Made by a program: the position numbers and the translations under genes
Notes under the pieces: generated by a model
What the model was told of the DNA's origin: nothing
What the model saw: only the letters and a program-made list of their open reading frames with translations
Databases searched by the model: none
DNA from: Thecamonas trahens ATCC 50062
Lineage: Eukaryota > Protista > Apusomonadida
DNA: 64,000 nt
NCBI RefSeq assembly: GCF_000142905.1
Contig: NW_013657666.1
Span: 444,631-508,630, forward strand
Reading direction: 5' to 3'
In this document: in pieces, positions 1 through 9,558 of the stretch
Position numbering within the stretch: position 1 is the first letter of the stretch
How the letters are laid out: each line of letters begins with the position of its first letter

Positions 1-429
1 GTCCACGAGAAGTCTATTCTCTTCCCAATGCTCCCGCTCTCGCTCCTTGCTCCGGCCGCGCCGCTGGAGATCATGTGGCTCTCTGTGGCCGCCGTCTTCT
101 CGATGTTCCACCTGCTTGTCCGCGACGGGCTAGCTGTCACGTACCTTGGTGTTGTGCTGATATTTTGCATGGGCATGGTTGTGCTGACCGGCGGCAGGGC
201 GCGCTTTGGCTTGTGGAGTGCGGGCGCGATGGCGGTGTCGGCGGCAGGCATGGTGATGCTGCACGCGGCGGACGCGTTTGTGGCACCGCCGGCAGCCCTG
301 CCATACCTTTGGGCGCATGCCTTTGCGGTGTGGTCGTTCGCCCACTTTGCGGCTGCGTGGCTCGTCTGTAACGTGAGCCTCTTCGGGGCGGTGCGCGCGC
401 GGGCAACAACGCACGCCAAGACGGATTGA
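1..429 (+). CDS. ALG6: 3' end of dolichyl-PP-Man9GlcNAc2 alpha-1,3-glucosyltransferase (ALG6 family), partial
   Basis: Frame 1 from base 1 reads VHEKSILFPMLPLSLL...FSMFHLLVRDGL, the ALG6 VHEKSIL motif, followed by hydrophobic TM segments. Stop TGA at 427-429. Confidence 0.85.
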   Translation, partial: VHEKSILFPMLPLSLLAPAAPLEIMWLSVAAVFSMFHLLVRDGLAVTYLGVVLIFCMGMVVLTGGRARFGLWSAGAMAVSAAGMVMLHAADAFVAPPAALPYLWAHAFAVWSFAHFAAAWLVCNVSLFGAVRARATTHAKTD

Positions 430-515
430 ACGAGAACGGCGCTGATGGACATTGTTTTACGACTGCGCTCGCGGCACCCAGCGTGCGCGCGGGCCCAGGC
501 ATCATAACCACTTGC

Positions 516-2251
516 TTATTGCTCGCGAGACATCCTGATCTTGATCTTGGGCAGAGGAGAGGCAGCGTGGGCGCTGCTGGCTGTCGACGGCAGGCGAATC
601 GAGAGCGGCGAAGCTCGCGGCTGGACCGGGGACGGCGAGGGCGACGACGGCGAGTTGACAGCAGCCGAGCTGACCGCTGCTGCAAGAAGCGACTGTGGGT
701 ACAGCTGCGAGGTCTCAAAGTCGGACAGGGCAACCTCGCGGAGCTTGGCCGGAACCTTGCGGCGGCGGCCGGAGCGCGAGGTCGGCGGTGGTGCCGGCGG
801 AGCGGCCGGCGTCGCCGACGGCGGAGAGCTTGCAGCTACAGTCGGAACACTTGTGGGTGGCGGCTTGGCCAGCGATACCGATGACGTCAAGCTCGAGGTG
901 AGTGATGAAGATGAGATGAGCGACGACGACGACGACAGGTCAGAGTCGGACGAGATCGAAGAGCAGGACGAGAGAGTCTCAGACTCGGCGTCGACGCTGG
1001 CAGTTGCAGCGACGGTAGCAGTGGGCGGCGGCGGCGGCGGCGGCGTCGGCTTGCCAGCGTTGTTCTTGGCTTTTTTGCGAGGCGGGCCGGCCGAGGTCTT
1101 GGCGGATTTGGCACGTGAGCTTGCCGACTTGCCCGAGTACTTTTTGCGGTTGGCCTCGCGGGTGGCAGAGTCAATCAGGCCCAACTCGATGCCGCAGGTG
1201 GCAGTCTTGATGTGGCGCTTGACGTTGCAGGCCCAGCGCGAGACGTAGCCACAGCCAACACATTCAAAGCCATTGATGATAGCCTTGACGCCAAAGATGA
1301 TGGAGCCGAGCGGATGGGACTTGGTGTGCTGGACCTCGCCCTCGGGCACTGTTCCGCGCGGCTTGCGCTTTTTCGGAGCCTTGTCGCCTGCATTGCGCGA
1401 CTGCGACTTGCGCGGGCGGCCGCGCTTCTTGGGCGCCGGCGAGCGCGGCGGGGTGACGCCGGCCGCCGGATGCAGAGCACGGGTAAGGCTGCCTGCCGAC
1501 GACCTAGACGAGCGGCGGCGGGCGGCAACAGCTGAGTGCGAAAGGCCAGAGACAAAGTCGAGGTACGAGTGGACCTGACCAGCCCGGGCCGAGGTCCAGC
1601 TCAGGGCGCGCGGGGCAACGAGGCCTGAGGCCGACGGACGGCGGGCGGCAGGAGGTTCGCCAAAAGACTCGACAGCGAGCTGCACCAGCTCTGGCCGCTC
1701 CTCGACGTGAGTAAGGTGCGGGTAGCGGGCGGCAAGGGCGTCGAGCGACGAGGCCCAGTACGGGTGGAAGCGGGTGAGCTGGAAGCGAGCATCGACCGAC
1801 GACACGACCTCGGTGCGCTTGCCGTTGCGCGCCGGCGGCGCAGCCCTCTCGGCAACTTCAAGCACGTCGGGCTGCGGCTCGAGCTTGCGGAACAGCTCCG
1901 GGTGCTTGAGCAGGGTGGTGAAGAGGGTGGAGCTGAGAGTGTCGTCGATGAGTGGCTCGGCAGTGAGGAAGAACCAGTGCGAGCGGACAAAGGCGTCGAT
2001 GTCGGCAAAGGTGAACGACTCGGCCTCGCTAAGCGCATCTCCCTGCTCTGCAGCCTCGGCATCCAGCTGCCCGGCATGGCCGGCGACCATGTGCATGTTA
2101 AAGAGGGCAACAAAGGCCATGTCGATCACCGCCCGCGGCAGGCGCTCGAACCGGGCGTGGCCGACCTCGGTCCCCACGCACTCGCCGCAGACAAAGGTGT
2201 ACTTGTAGTCGGCAAAGAGGACCCGCGTTGATGCCAGTTCGGGCACAGATT
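516..2251 (-). CDS. Chromatin protein, last exon: atypical PHD plus winged-helix module (KAT14/ASH2L/PCL type), AT-hook and C2HC zinc finger; 5' part runs into an assembly gap
   Basis: LFADYKYTFVCGEC..FERLPRAVIDMAFVALFNM..DIDAFVRSHWFFL resembles the PHD-WH modules of KAT14/ASH2L/MTF2. KKRGRPRK is an AT-hook and FECVGCGYVSRWACNVKRHIKTATC a zinc finger. A probable acceptor ctcac..cacag lies at 2252-2254. The upstream exon structure is unresolved. Confidence 0.6.
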
Positions 2252-2369
2252 CTGTGGGAGGGTGAGGCGGTTGGGTGGTGAGGCGGCGCGGGGGCGGGGG
2301 GCGGGGGGGGAGGGGGGAGGGGAGGGAGGAAGGAGGAGGGAGGGGAAGGAGGTACTTACAAGTAGACTG

Positions 2370-2737
2370 NNNNNNNNNNNNNNNNNNNNNNNNNNNNNNN
2401 NNNNNNNNNNNNNNNNNNNNNNNNNNNNNNNNNNNNNNNNNNNNNNNNNNNNNNNNNNNNNNNNNNNNNNNNNNNNNNNNNNNNNNNNNNNNNNNNNNNN
2501 NNNNNNNNNNNNNNNNNNNNNNNNNNNNNNNNNNNNNNNNNNNNNNNNNNNNNNNNNNNNNNNNNNNNNNNNNNNNNNNNNNNNNNNNNNNNNNNNNNNN
2601 NNNNNNNNNNNNNNNNNNNNNNNNNNNNNNNNNNNNNNNNNNNNNNNNNNNNNNNNNNNNNNNNNNNNNNNNNNNNNNNNNNNNNNNNNNNNNNNNNNNN
2701 NNNNNNNNNNNNNNNNNNNNNNNNNNNNNNNNNNNNN
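2370..2737. other. Assembly gap (N run)
   Basis: Run of N. Confidence 1.
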
Positions 2738-2863
2738 TCAAGTCGGGGGGGGGTGAGGTGGTGCACAGTGGCGATGTGGTGGTGGGTCGTTGCCGAGTGC
2801 CTGGGTGACCGGAACGCTGCGATCGGAAGGGAGGCGACGGCGTGCGGCATTGGGCAAGGGAAT

Positions 2864-4474
2864 TCAATTTCGGCCACGCATGTTGTTGAGAAGGGCCAGG
2901 AAGGAGACAAAGAGCGATACGATCTTGGCGAGAACGGTCCAAGTGATGAGGAAGGTCTTGGCGAGGCGAAAGCCCGAGGCGCGGCGCTCGACGGTGGAGA
3001 GTGCATACTCCAGCTCGGTCCGCATGTCGAAAGTCGGCGCGTGGACATCGGCGATGGCAAAGACCATGGCTTCTGAGCCCGACGAGTGGACATAGGCGGC
3101 AAGAAAGGTGATGACAAAAATAACAAGGGTGGCGGCCAAGAGCCAGAACATCTCGATGACCAACAGCTCCATATCGGCCGAGTCCTGGGTCACGATGCGG
3201 TAGGAGAGAAAGACGGAAAAGACGGCATGCGAGGAGATGTTGAGACCAATGGGCCACCGCGCAAAGTGGGTGAGGAAGACCGAGCGCCGATGGATACGCT
3301 GGTGAGTAACCGCCATGTCTTCCGGCAATGGAATGGCGCCGCGACGAATCGCATCAGCGAGATGCGCAAACTGCTTGTGCAGGATGTACAAGCTGAGCAG
3401 GAACGGCGGAAGCGGAAAGATCCACACCACTGTGGCCACTGTGTTCGAAAAAAAGGCAAAGATCTTGAAGCCAAGCGAATCGAAAGGCTGGATGATTGAG
3501 ATGTAGACATCGGTTGCGGTGCCGATGTCGATGAAGAATGCGGCACCAATGCTCACGTTGAAGGTAATGGCCACCAGTTGTGCAATCATCAGGTAGCGAA
3601 AGCCATGGTTGAGAATCTTGAGAAAGTGAGTCGGCAGAATGTCGGCATGCGCGCGCTGGCGCACGGCCTCGCTGCGACTCCTTGACCCACGGCCACCGTC
3701 AGACTCGCTCGAGAGCGAGACGAGTGGATCGTCGGCAGCGTGGACTACCAGCGAGACGATCAGATGCCGGAACCAGCGCGAGGGCATGTGAAGGGTCATG
3801 ACGCCGAGAAAGACCCCACAGTGGAAGTACCACAGGCCGATGAGCGTGAGCATTGTCCACCGCTCGTTGCGAGTGGCATTGTAGAATGCAACCAAGGAAA
3901 CAGAAAACAATAACAGTGAGAGCATGAGCGAGCGAAAGGTGGTTATGACCGATCGTCGCTTGCCGGCCGCCTGGTCCATGCCCAAAGTCATGAGCACAGC
4001 CTGGTAAGCGGCGATCCAGGGCATGTTGCGCATGATCTCGTCAAAGTCAGCCTTCTCGTTGACGAGCAAAATATCATGCGAGAGCTCCGACGACGACGAC
4101 AGCGACTCGGCGCCAAGAGGTCCGCTTTCGGCATCTGTGCGAATCTCGTGTAGCCGCGACGAGCTGTGTTTGTGCCGCAGCCGCATGCCATCGCCGTGGC
4201 GCGACCATCGCACCGCGTGTGGCGGCGGCGGCAGCGGCGACGCCCGCGGAGCTGGTGACAACGACGATGCCGACGACGCCGACGATGAGGACGCCGGCTG
4301 AGACAATGACGGCAACTTTGGCGCGTCTGGCTGGCTGCTGGAGTCGGCAGGAACAGGTCCAGGCGTCATGCCCTGATCCCGCCCGCGGCGGGGTCGGCTC
4401 CCACGTCCGTGGCGACCGGCTCTGCGCGCGTCACCCGGAGCGGGGCCGCTATGCGGCGCGACTTTGGACGACAT
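2864..4474 (-). CDS. Gustatory receptor-like (GRL / 7TM ion channel superfamily) protein, about 536 aa
   Basis: Disordered N-terminus from ATG 4474 (MSSKVAPH), then about 7 hydrophobic helices. The C-terminus ASGFRLAKTFLITWTVLAKIVSLFVSFLALLNNM follows the GR/GRL TM7 pattern (GF..xxF.I....L..I.....[TS][YF]). Confidence 0.7.
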   Translation of the reverse strand: MSSKVAPHSGPAPGDARRAGRHGRGSRPRRGRDQGMTPGPVPADSSSQPDAPKLPSLSQPASSSSASSASSLSPAPRASPLPPPPHAVRWSRHGDGMRLRHKHSSSRLHEIRTDAESGPLGAESLSSSSELSHDILLVNEKADFDEIMRNMPWIAAYQAVLMTLGMDQAAGKRRSVITTFRSLMLSLLLFSVSLVAFYNATRNERWTMLTLIGLWYFHCGVFLGVMTLHMPSRWFRHLIVSLVVHAADDPLVSLSSESDGGRGSRSRSEAVRQRAHADILPTHFLKILNHGFRYLMIAQLVAITFNVSIGAAFFIDIGTATDVYISIIQPFDSLGFKIFAFFSNTVATVVWIFPLPPFLLSLYILHKQFAHLADAIRRGAIPLPEDMAVTHQRIHRRSVFLTHFARWPIGLNISSHAVFSVFLSYRIVTQDSADMELLVIEMFWLLAATLVIFVITFLAAYVHSSGSEAMVFAIADVHAPTFDMRTELEYALSTVERRASGFRLAKTFLITWTVLAKIVSLFVSFLALLNNMRGRN

Positions 4475-4790
4475 GGCGTGAGCCCGGCAGCCGGGCTCTA
4501 ACGGCCAGGGTTGCCCGTAGAGATGAGTGGGATGGAACGGTGTTGGTGTATGAGTATGACTTGCGTTGGCACCGGAACGCGTACGGTTGGCGAGTGCGAC
4601 TCGGCGGCCGAAAGTGGCGGCGACACGTTGGACGAGCGAGCGGCGGCGGGACGGGTTGAGCACCACCACCACTCCCCCCTCCCTCCCACCCCACCAGTGC
4701 TTCACGGCGAGGTGGAAACAGAGCGGAGAGGTAAGCGAGCCGAAGAACAAGAAGAGCACTCAGGCAGAGAGTGCTGAAGCCCCGTGCGTC

Positions 4791-7700
4791 ATGTGTGCCT
4801 TTGGCTCTGTACAGGGGCGGCTGGCGGCGGCGCGAGCGGTCATCCTGCTCGCGCTGGGCGCGATGTGGTTTGGCGGCATGAGTCTGTCGCTGGTGGCGGC
4901 GACGGCCGCCGTGGCGTACCTACTGTGGTCCTCGAACCGCCCACTCCCGGCGCTGGTCTTTACGGTCGCGTTCCCGCTGCTTGCAGTGGCCCTGGCCGGG
5001 AGCGGCGGTGAGCTGGGCGAGCTCGGCGCGCTGCCGCATGCCAGCAACGCGTCAGTAGGCGCCGTACCGGGCCCGCGCGGAGCGCCTGTGCGCGAGTTTG
5101 ATCCTAAGAATAACGCGCTGACGGAAGCGTTGGCTCCGGCGCTGGCGGCGTCGGCGGCGTCGGCCGTCTCGACCGTTCAGCTGGAAGAGGCGCTGACCAT
5201 GCTTGCGGCGCCGGGGATGACGGCCGGGCGCGCCCCGCGGGCCGACGTCGAAATCATGCAGGCGAGCGCGAAGGACCGGCTGGTGGCGCTAGGTATGGCA
5301 GGCGTTCGGGCGCTTGCTAGCAAGGCTTCCCAGCGGTTGGATGGTCCAGTCGCGCGCGACGCGCTGGTGGCAGTGGTGCAGGACGCGGTGGTGGCTGGCG
5401 AAGGCGTGCTCGACAAAGGCACGGCGGCCAAGGTGGCGGCGTGGCCGGCGGCGCTCAAGTGGGGGCGTGTGGCGGCCCATGCTGGGCTCCCGCGGGCGGC
5501 CTTTGACCGTAGCTGCGCCACGCTCATGATCCGCGATCTGCATCTAGCGTCTGCTCTGGCGCAGGCCGGCATCAGCGTGGTGGCGGACAGCGCACCGAGC
5601 CGGGATGCATTGCTGGAAACTGTCAAGGCGGCTGGTCTTGCGCTCGATGATGCCGATGTGGCCCTGCTTGGATCGGTTGTCTACCGCGAGGCCGAGTCGC
5701 GGACTGGTGGCGACCACACAGCACTCGATGCGGTGCCGCGGTACTTTATGGCTGACATTGTCAACGATCTCGCCACTGCCGGCGAGAGTACGGCAGCGCT
5801 GGCGGCGGTCATTGACGGAGCATACAGCGAGGCGCCGCAAGGAGTGGTGTCGGAAGCCGAGTTTACGGCGGCGCTGGCGGCAGCGACTGCGGACGCGCCT
5901 GCACTCATCCCGCAGCTGCTCAAGGCTGTCTCGAGTGTTATCTTTGACATGGGCCAGCCTGGGGCCGGCTTTCGGTACTCGTCGCATGGCGCGCTTGAGT
6001 TTCTCTTTGTCGAGATGGATCTCTCGGGCGACGGCCTGGTCACTCTCCGCGAAGTGGTGTATTTTCTGGACTCGCTCCGCGGGCTTCACGACTCGCCGCT
6101 TGATCTTGTGCTGGAGCTTGTACGTGCAGCGTGGAAGTCGCCGCGCGACCTTGCTAGCCTTGTCATTCCGCTCCAGCGGCGTGGCCTGTTCACCGCCGTC
6201 GAGACCGACGCATACTACGACGAGGTGGTGCGGCGAGGAGACAGCTCGAAGGGCGCGACAGCACCGGCCGGACAGCCGACTCCCGTTTCGCCTGCCTCAG
6301 CCAAAGAAGATTACCTCAACGGCGCGGCAGTGCTGGCATTTGCTGGACGGCCCGAAGCGGTGCTCACAGCAGCTGGCGACGAGTGCGCTGGTGCTGAGGA
6401 TGACGACGACGACGGCATTGTGTGCTCGCGATGTGGCGAGGGCGCGACCGAGCTGGTGGTCCACTTTTCGGGCTCGCCGCCATGGAACGCGGCGCTAACC
6501 AAGGATGGCTCGCTCTACCTCTGGCTGTTCAACATCACGGCGTCGCCGCATCGGGTGGCAGTGACCGAGGACGGCGAGTACGGCATGTTCAACCAGACCG
6601 GCGTCTCGCTGCTCCACTTTACGCAGCCGACGTCGAGCCTCCTTCTTGCGTCGGAGCGGATCTTCACCGACTCGCACTGTACCGGTTTCGTGCGAGGCAA
6701 GGTGACCGTGGTCCGGCACGCGGCGCCGCGGTGGCGGGCGGAGCCACGGGTCGGCGCCGTGTGCGTCGGCGATCCTCTGGCCATCTACGTCGACGGCAAT
6801 CCACCGTTTACTCTTGGCAAAGTGGCCGCCGACGGTAGTGCTGAGGCGGTCTCGCTGCCGGCAAACGCGAGCTCGCATGCGGTGGACACCTCGCAGCCCG
6901 GCGTCATCCGGTACGAGTGGCTCGCTGATGCGCACTGCAACTCGAGTGCTTCAGCGCTTGTGTTCGAGGCCATCGAGCCACCGAGCGTTCGTGTTGTAGG
7001 CTCGCCGAGCCGGTCGGTCTGCCCGCTGCCATCAGGCGGGGCGCCAGCGTCGATTGCGCTCTCATTCACAGGCACACCGCCGTTCCACCTGAGCTACACG
7101 ACGCAGGCGGCTGGTGACCAACACGCGCGGCTGGCAAGCGTCACTGTCCCGTCTCACTCGTACACACTTCAGGCACAGCCTGGAGTGGTCCAGCTGCTGG
7201 AGCTGCGCGACGCATCTCAGGCGCAGTGCAGCGGAAGCATCGACGGTGGCGATACGGTGGCGATCGAGGCGCTGCCAGTGCCTTCGGCAGAGATGTGGGG
7301 CGAGCTCGACGACGGGCGGGTACTGGACTGCGGCGAGCGAGCGGTGCTTGCCGAGGGCGCGAGCGTCGACGCTGTTGTCTCGCTCATGGGCACACCGCCG
7401 TTTCGTGTGGAGCTCGACGACGGGCGGGTGTTTGACGGCATCGAGAGCGACGAACTGCGGTTCAAACTGGAGCACTCGAGCCGGGTCTGCGTCCGCGCGG
7501 TGGGTGACGGGCTCTGCCCGCACGGGACGGTGACGGGATGCGTGACGCTGAGTCTGCAGCCCAAGCCGCGGGCATGGCTGGAGCTTCCGCCGCCGTCCGT
7601 GGGCGTGCCGCGGATTTTGCTGACCGATGCCGATGTGGCTGGCTACTGTGCGTTTGCGCCGGTTGCGTCGCTCGGAGACGGCGAGCGCGCGCTCTTCCTC

Positions 7701-9533
7701 CCGACGGGCGAGTCGCCGGAGCGGGAGCCGACAGCCACGGTTGCGGGCGTGTTCTACGAAGCAAGCGCGGTAGACGACGGAAGTGAGCTGATGAGGTGTG
7801 TGGCGCGGAAGCGGGCCAACATGCCGGCGCTCTGCGTGCCAGCGTCGACGTACGCCGGCATCGATGACGACGGAGAGTGGCCGCCGCGTGAGTCGCTGGC
7901 AGGCATGAGCTTCCCCAAGGCAGGCATTGTGCGTGTGTGCTCGGGTGCGTCTGCGATGCGCGTGCATCTACAGGGCACGCCGCCATTTACGCTCCGGTAC
8001 ACGATCAACGGCGAGAGCGTTGTGGAGCGCGGGCTCCGGAGCCGGATTCACAGCATCCCAGTGACAAGCGTCGCTCAAGTCGAGCTTGTCTCTGTAGTCG
8101 ACGCCAACTTTGAGGGCACAGTCGACGCGACGCCGCTGCGGATTCTGCTGGCAGAGCGTCCGCAGGTGAGCCTCTCCGCGGTGGGCGACGGTGGACAAAT
8201 ATGCCCGGGCGACAAGGTGACAATTGCGATCGAGCTTGGCGCATCTGCGGTCCTGCCTACGCTGATCAAGGTCCGCAACCGGGCGAACCCGTCATGGAGG
8301 CACACGGCGCTTGTGTCAGAGAGGCGGACGGAGATTGCGGTGGAGAGTACAGGCAGCTACTACGTAGAGCAGGTGCTCGATGGGGTATGCTTTGGCGACC
8401 CGTCAGGCTCTGTGGAGGTGGCTTACCTAGAGCGCCCGGCGGTGCGTGTGTCGGGCGGCGGTGCGCTCTGCCCGGGCGCGGCCGGAGTTGTTCGGCTCGA
8501 CGCATCGGGCATCGGCCCGTGGCAGCTGGAGCACTGGTTCCTCCCCGCCGGCGCAGCGAGCGGGGCTGCGGTGGTGAACAAGCTGACGCTCAAGACATCG
8601 CCGCACCTCATCGAGGTGCATGAGGAGGGCCGGCACTGGGTGGAGGCTGTCACGGACTCGCGATGCAGCGGGAGTGCATCCGGGACTGCCGAGGTTGTGC
8701 TCCGGCCGGTGCCGTCTGCCATTGTGGCACAGCTCTCTGTGTGCGTCGACGACGTGATCAACGTGGTTCTGGAGGGGAGTCCGCCGTTCCAGCTCGGATA
8801 CACGCTGGGCAGCAGTGAGGAGGTCCGCGAGCAGGTGGCGGGCCACGAGCACGTTGTCGTGCCGCGGTCAGCGGGAGAGTTTGGCCTGCAGTGGGTGGCC
8901 GACGCGTACTGCGCGTCCGAGCCCGGCACGCTGGCAGAGGCGAGCGTGGTGGTCGACGCGCGGCCGCGTGCGGTGCTCCTCAGCGAAGCTGAAGGTGGAG
9001 TCGGGTCGGGCCAGCTCTGCGCGGCCGGGCCGACCCACAACGTGGTCTCGCTTGTGGTGGAGCTTGAGGGTGTGGCGCCGTTTAAGCTTGTGTACAAGCG
9101 GCGCGGCGAGTCTGAGCTGCGGACGTCAATTGCGACTGGGGTGCGGCACCTGATCCAGGTTGCCGAGCCCGGGGTGTACGAGTTGCTGGAGGTGCACGAC
9201 TCGCTGTGCGGACGCGGCGAGGCGCATGGGATGGTGAGCGTGGAGACGTTGCCGATGCCGCGGGCGCAACTCTCGGGCGGTGAGTACGTGGTGTGTTCGG
9301 GCGACTCGGCCGACATCCGAATCGATACCCAGGGCAACGGGCCATGGCGGGTGGCGTACACCGACGGTGATGAGGTGTGGCGGGTGGAGATGGACGAGCC
9401 GAGCCGCGTGCTGGAGGTCTCGAAGGAGGGCCGGTACGAGCTGCTTGGCGTCGGCGACGCGCACTGCGCGTACTGTGTCGACGAGGCCGCGGCTTGGTGC
9501 ACCGAGTTTATCGTTGCCAAAAGCCAAGAGTAA
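4791..9533 (+). CDS. Pom152-like membrane protein: N-terminal TM helices, one EF-hand-like loop and about 10 Cys-containing Ig-like repeats
   Basis: Hydrophobic N-terminus and DLSGDGLVTLRE EF-like loop. Repeated (L/F)xGxPP(F/W)xLxY ... GxYxLxxVxDxxCxG units (FSGSPPW, VDGNPPF, FTGTPPF, LMGTPPF, LQGTPPF, SGIGPW, LEGSPPF, LEGVAPF, QGNGPW) are typical of the Pom152 luminal domain. First ATG at 4791. Confidence 0.65.
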   Translation: MCAFGSVQGRLAAARAVILLALGAMWFGGMSLSLVAATAAVAYLLWSSNRPLPALVFTVAFPLLAVALAGSGGELGELGALPHASNASVGAVPGPRGAPVREFDPKNNALTEALAPALAASAASAVSTVQLEEALTMLAAPGMTAGRAPRADVEIMQASAKDRLVALGMAGVRALASKASQRLDGPVARDALVAVVQDAVVAGEGVLDKGTAAKVAAWPAALKWGRVAAHAGLPRAAFDRSCATLMIRDLHLASALAQAGISVVADSAPSRDALLETVKAAGLALDDADVALLGSVVYREAESRTGGDHTALDAVPRYFMADIVNDLATAGESTAALAAVIDGAYSEAPQGVVSEAEFTAALAAATADAPALIPQLLKAVSSVIFDMGQPGAGFRYSSHGALEFLFVEMDLSGDGLVTLREVVYFLDSLRGLHDSPLDLVLELVRAAWKSPRDLASLVIPLQRRGLFTAVETDAYYDEVVRRGDSSKGATAPAGQPTPVSPASAKEDYLNGAAVLAFAGRPEAVLTAAGDECAGAEDDDDDGIVCSRCGEGATELVVHFSGSPPWNAALTKDGSLYLWLFNITASPHRVAVTEDGEYGMFNQTGVSLLHFTQPTSSLLLASERIFTDSHCTGFVRGKVTVVRHAAPRWRAEPRVGAVCVGDPLAIYVDGNPPFTLGKVAADGSAEAVSLPANASSHAVDTSQPGVIRYEWLADAHCNSSASALVFEAIEPPSVRVVGSPSRSVCPLPSGGAPASIALSFTGTPPFHLSYTTQAAGDQHARLASVTVPSHSYTLQAQPGVVQLLELRDASQAQCSGSIDGGDTVAIEALPVPSAEMWGELDDGRVLDCGERAVLAEGASVDAVVSLMGTPPFRVELDDGRVFDGIESDELRFKLEHSSRVCVRAVGDGLCPHGTVTGCVTLSLQPKPRAWLELPPPSVGVPRILLTDADVAGYCAFAPVASLGDGERALFLPTGESPEREPTATVAGVFYEASAVDDGSELMRCVARKRANMPALCVPASTYAGIDDDGEWPPRESLAGMSFPKAGIVRVCSGASAMRVHLQGTPPFTLRYTINGESVVERGLRSRIHSIPVTSVAQVELVSVVDANFEGTVDATPLRILLAERPQVSLSAVGDGGQICPGDKVTIAIELGASAVLPTLIKVRNRANPSWRHTALVSERRTEIAVESTGSYYVEQVLDGVCFGDPSGSVEVAYLERPAVRVSGGGALCPGAAGVVRLDASGIGPWQLEHWFLPAGAASGAAVVNKLTLKTSPHLIEVHEEGRHWVEAVTDSRCSGSASGTAEVVLRPVPSAIVAQLSVCVDDVINVVLEGSPPFQLGYTLGSSEEVREQVAGHEHVVVPRSAGEFGLQWVADAYCASEPGTLAEASVVVDARPRAVLLSEAEGGVGSGQLCAAGPTHNVVSLVVELEGVAPFKLVYKRRGESELRTSIATGVRHLIQVAEPGVYELLEVHDSLCGRGEAHGMVSVETLPMPRAQLSGGEYVVCSGDSADIRIDTQGNGPWRVAYTDGDEVWRVEMDEPSRVLEVSKEGRYELLGVGDAHCAYCVDEAAAWCTEFIVAKSQE

Positions 9534-9558
9534 ATGATCCACGGTGTGCTCGAGTGCG

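Noticed and set aside
2252-3257. N-terminal part of the 913-aa ORF and other ORFs spanning N runs
   Set aside because: They are artefacts of translating through assembly gaps, and they overlap the GRL gene in another frame.
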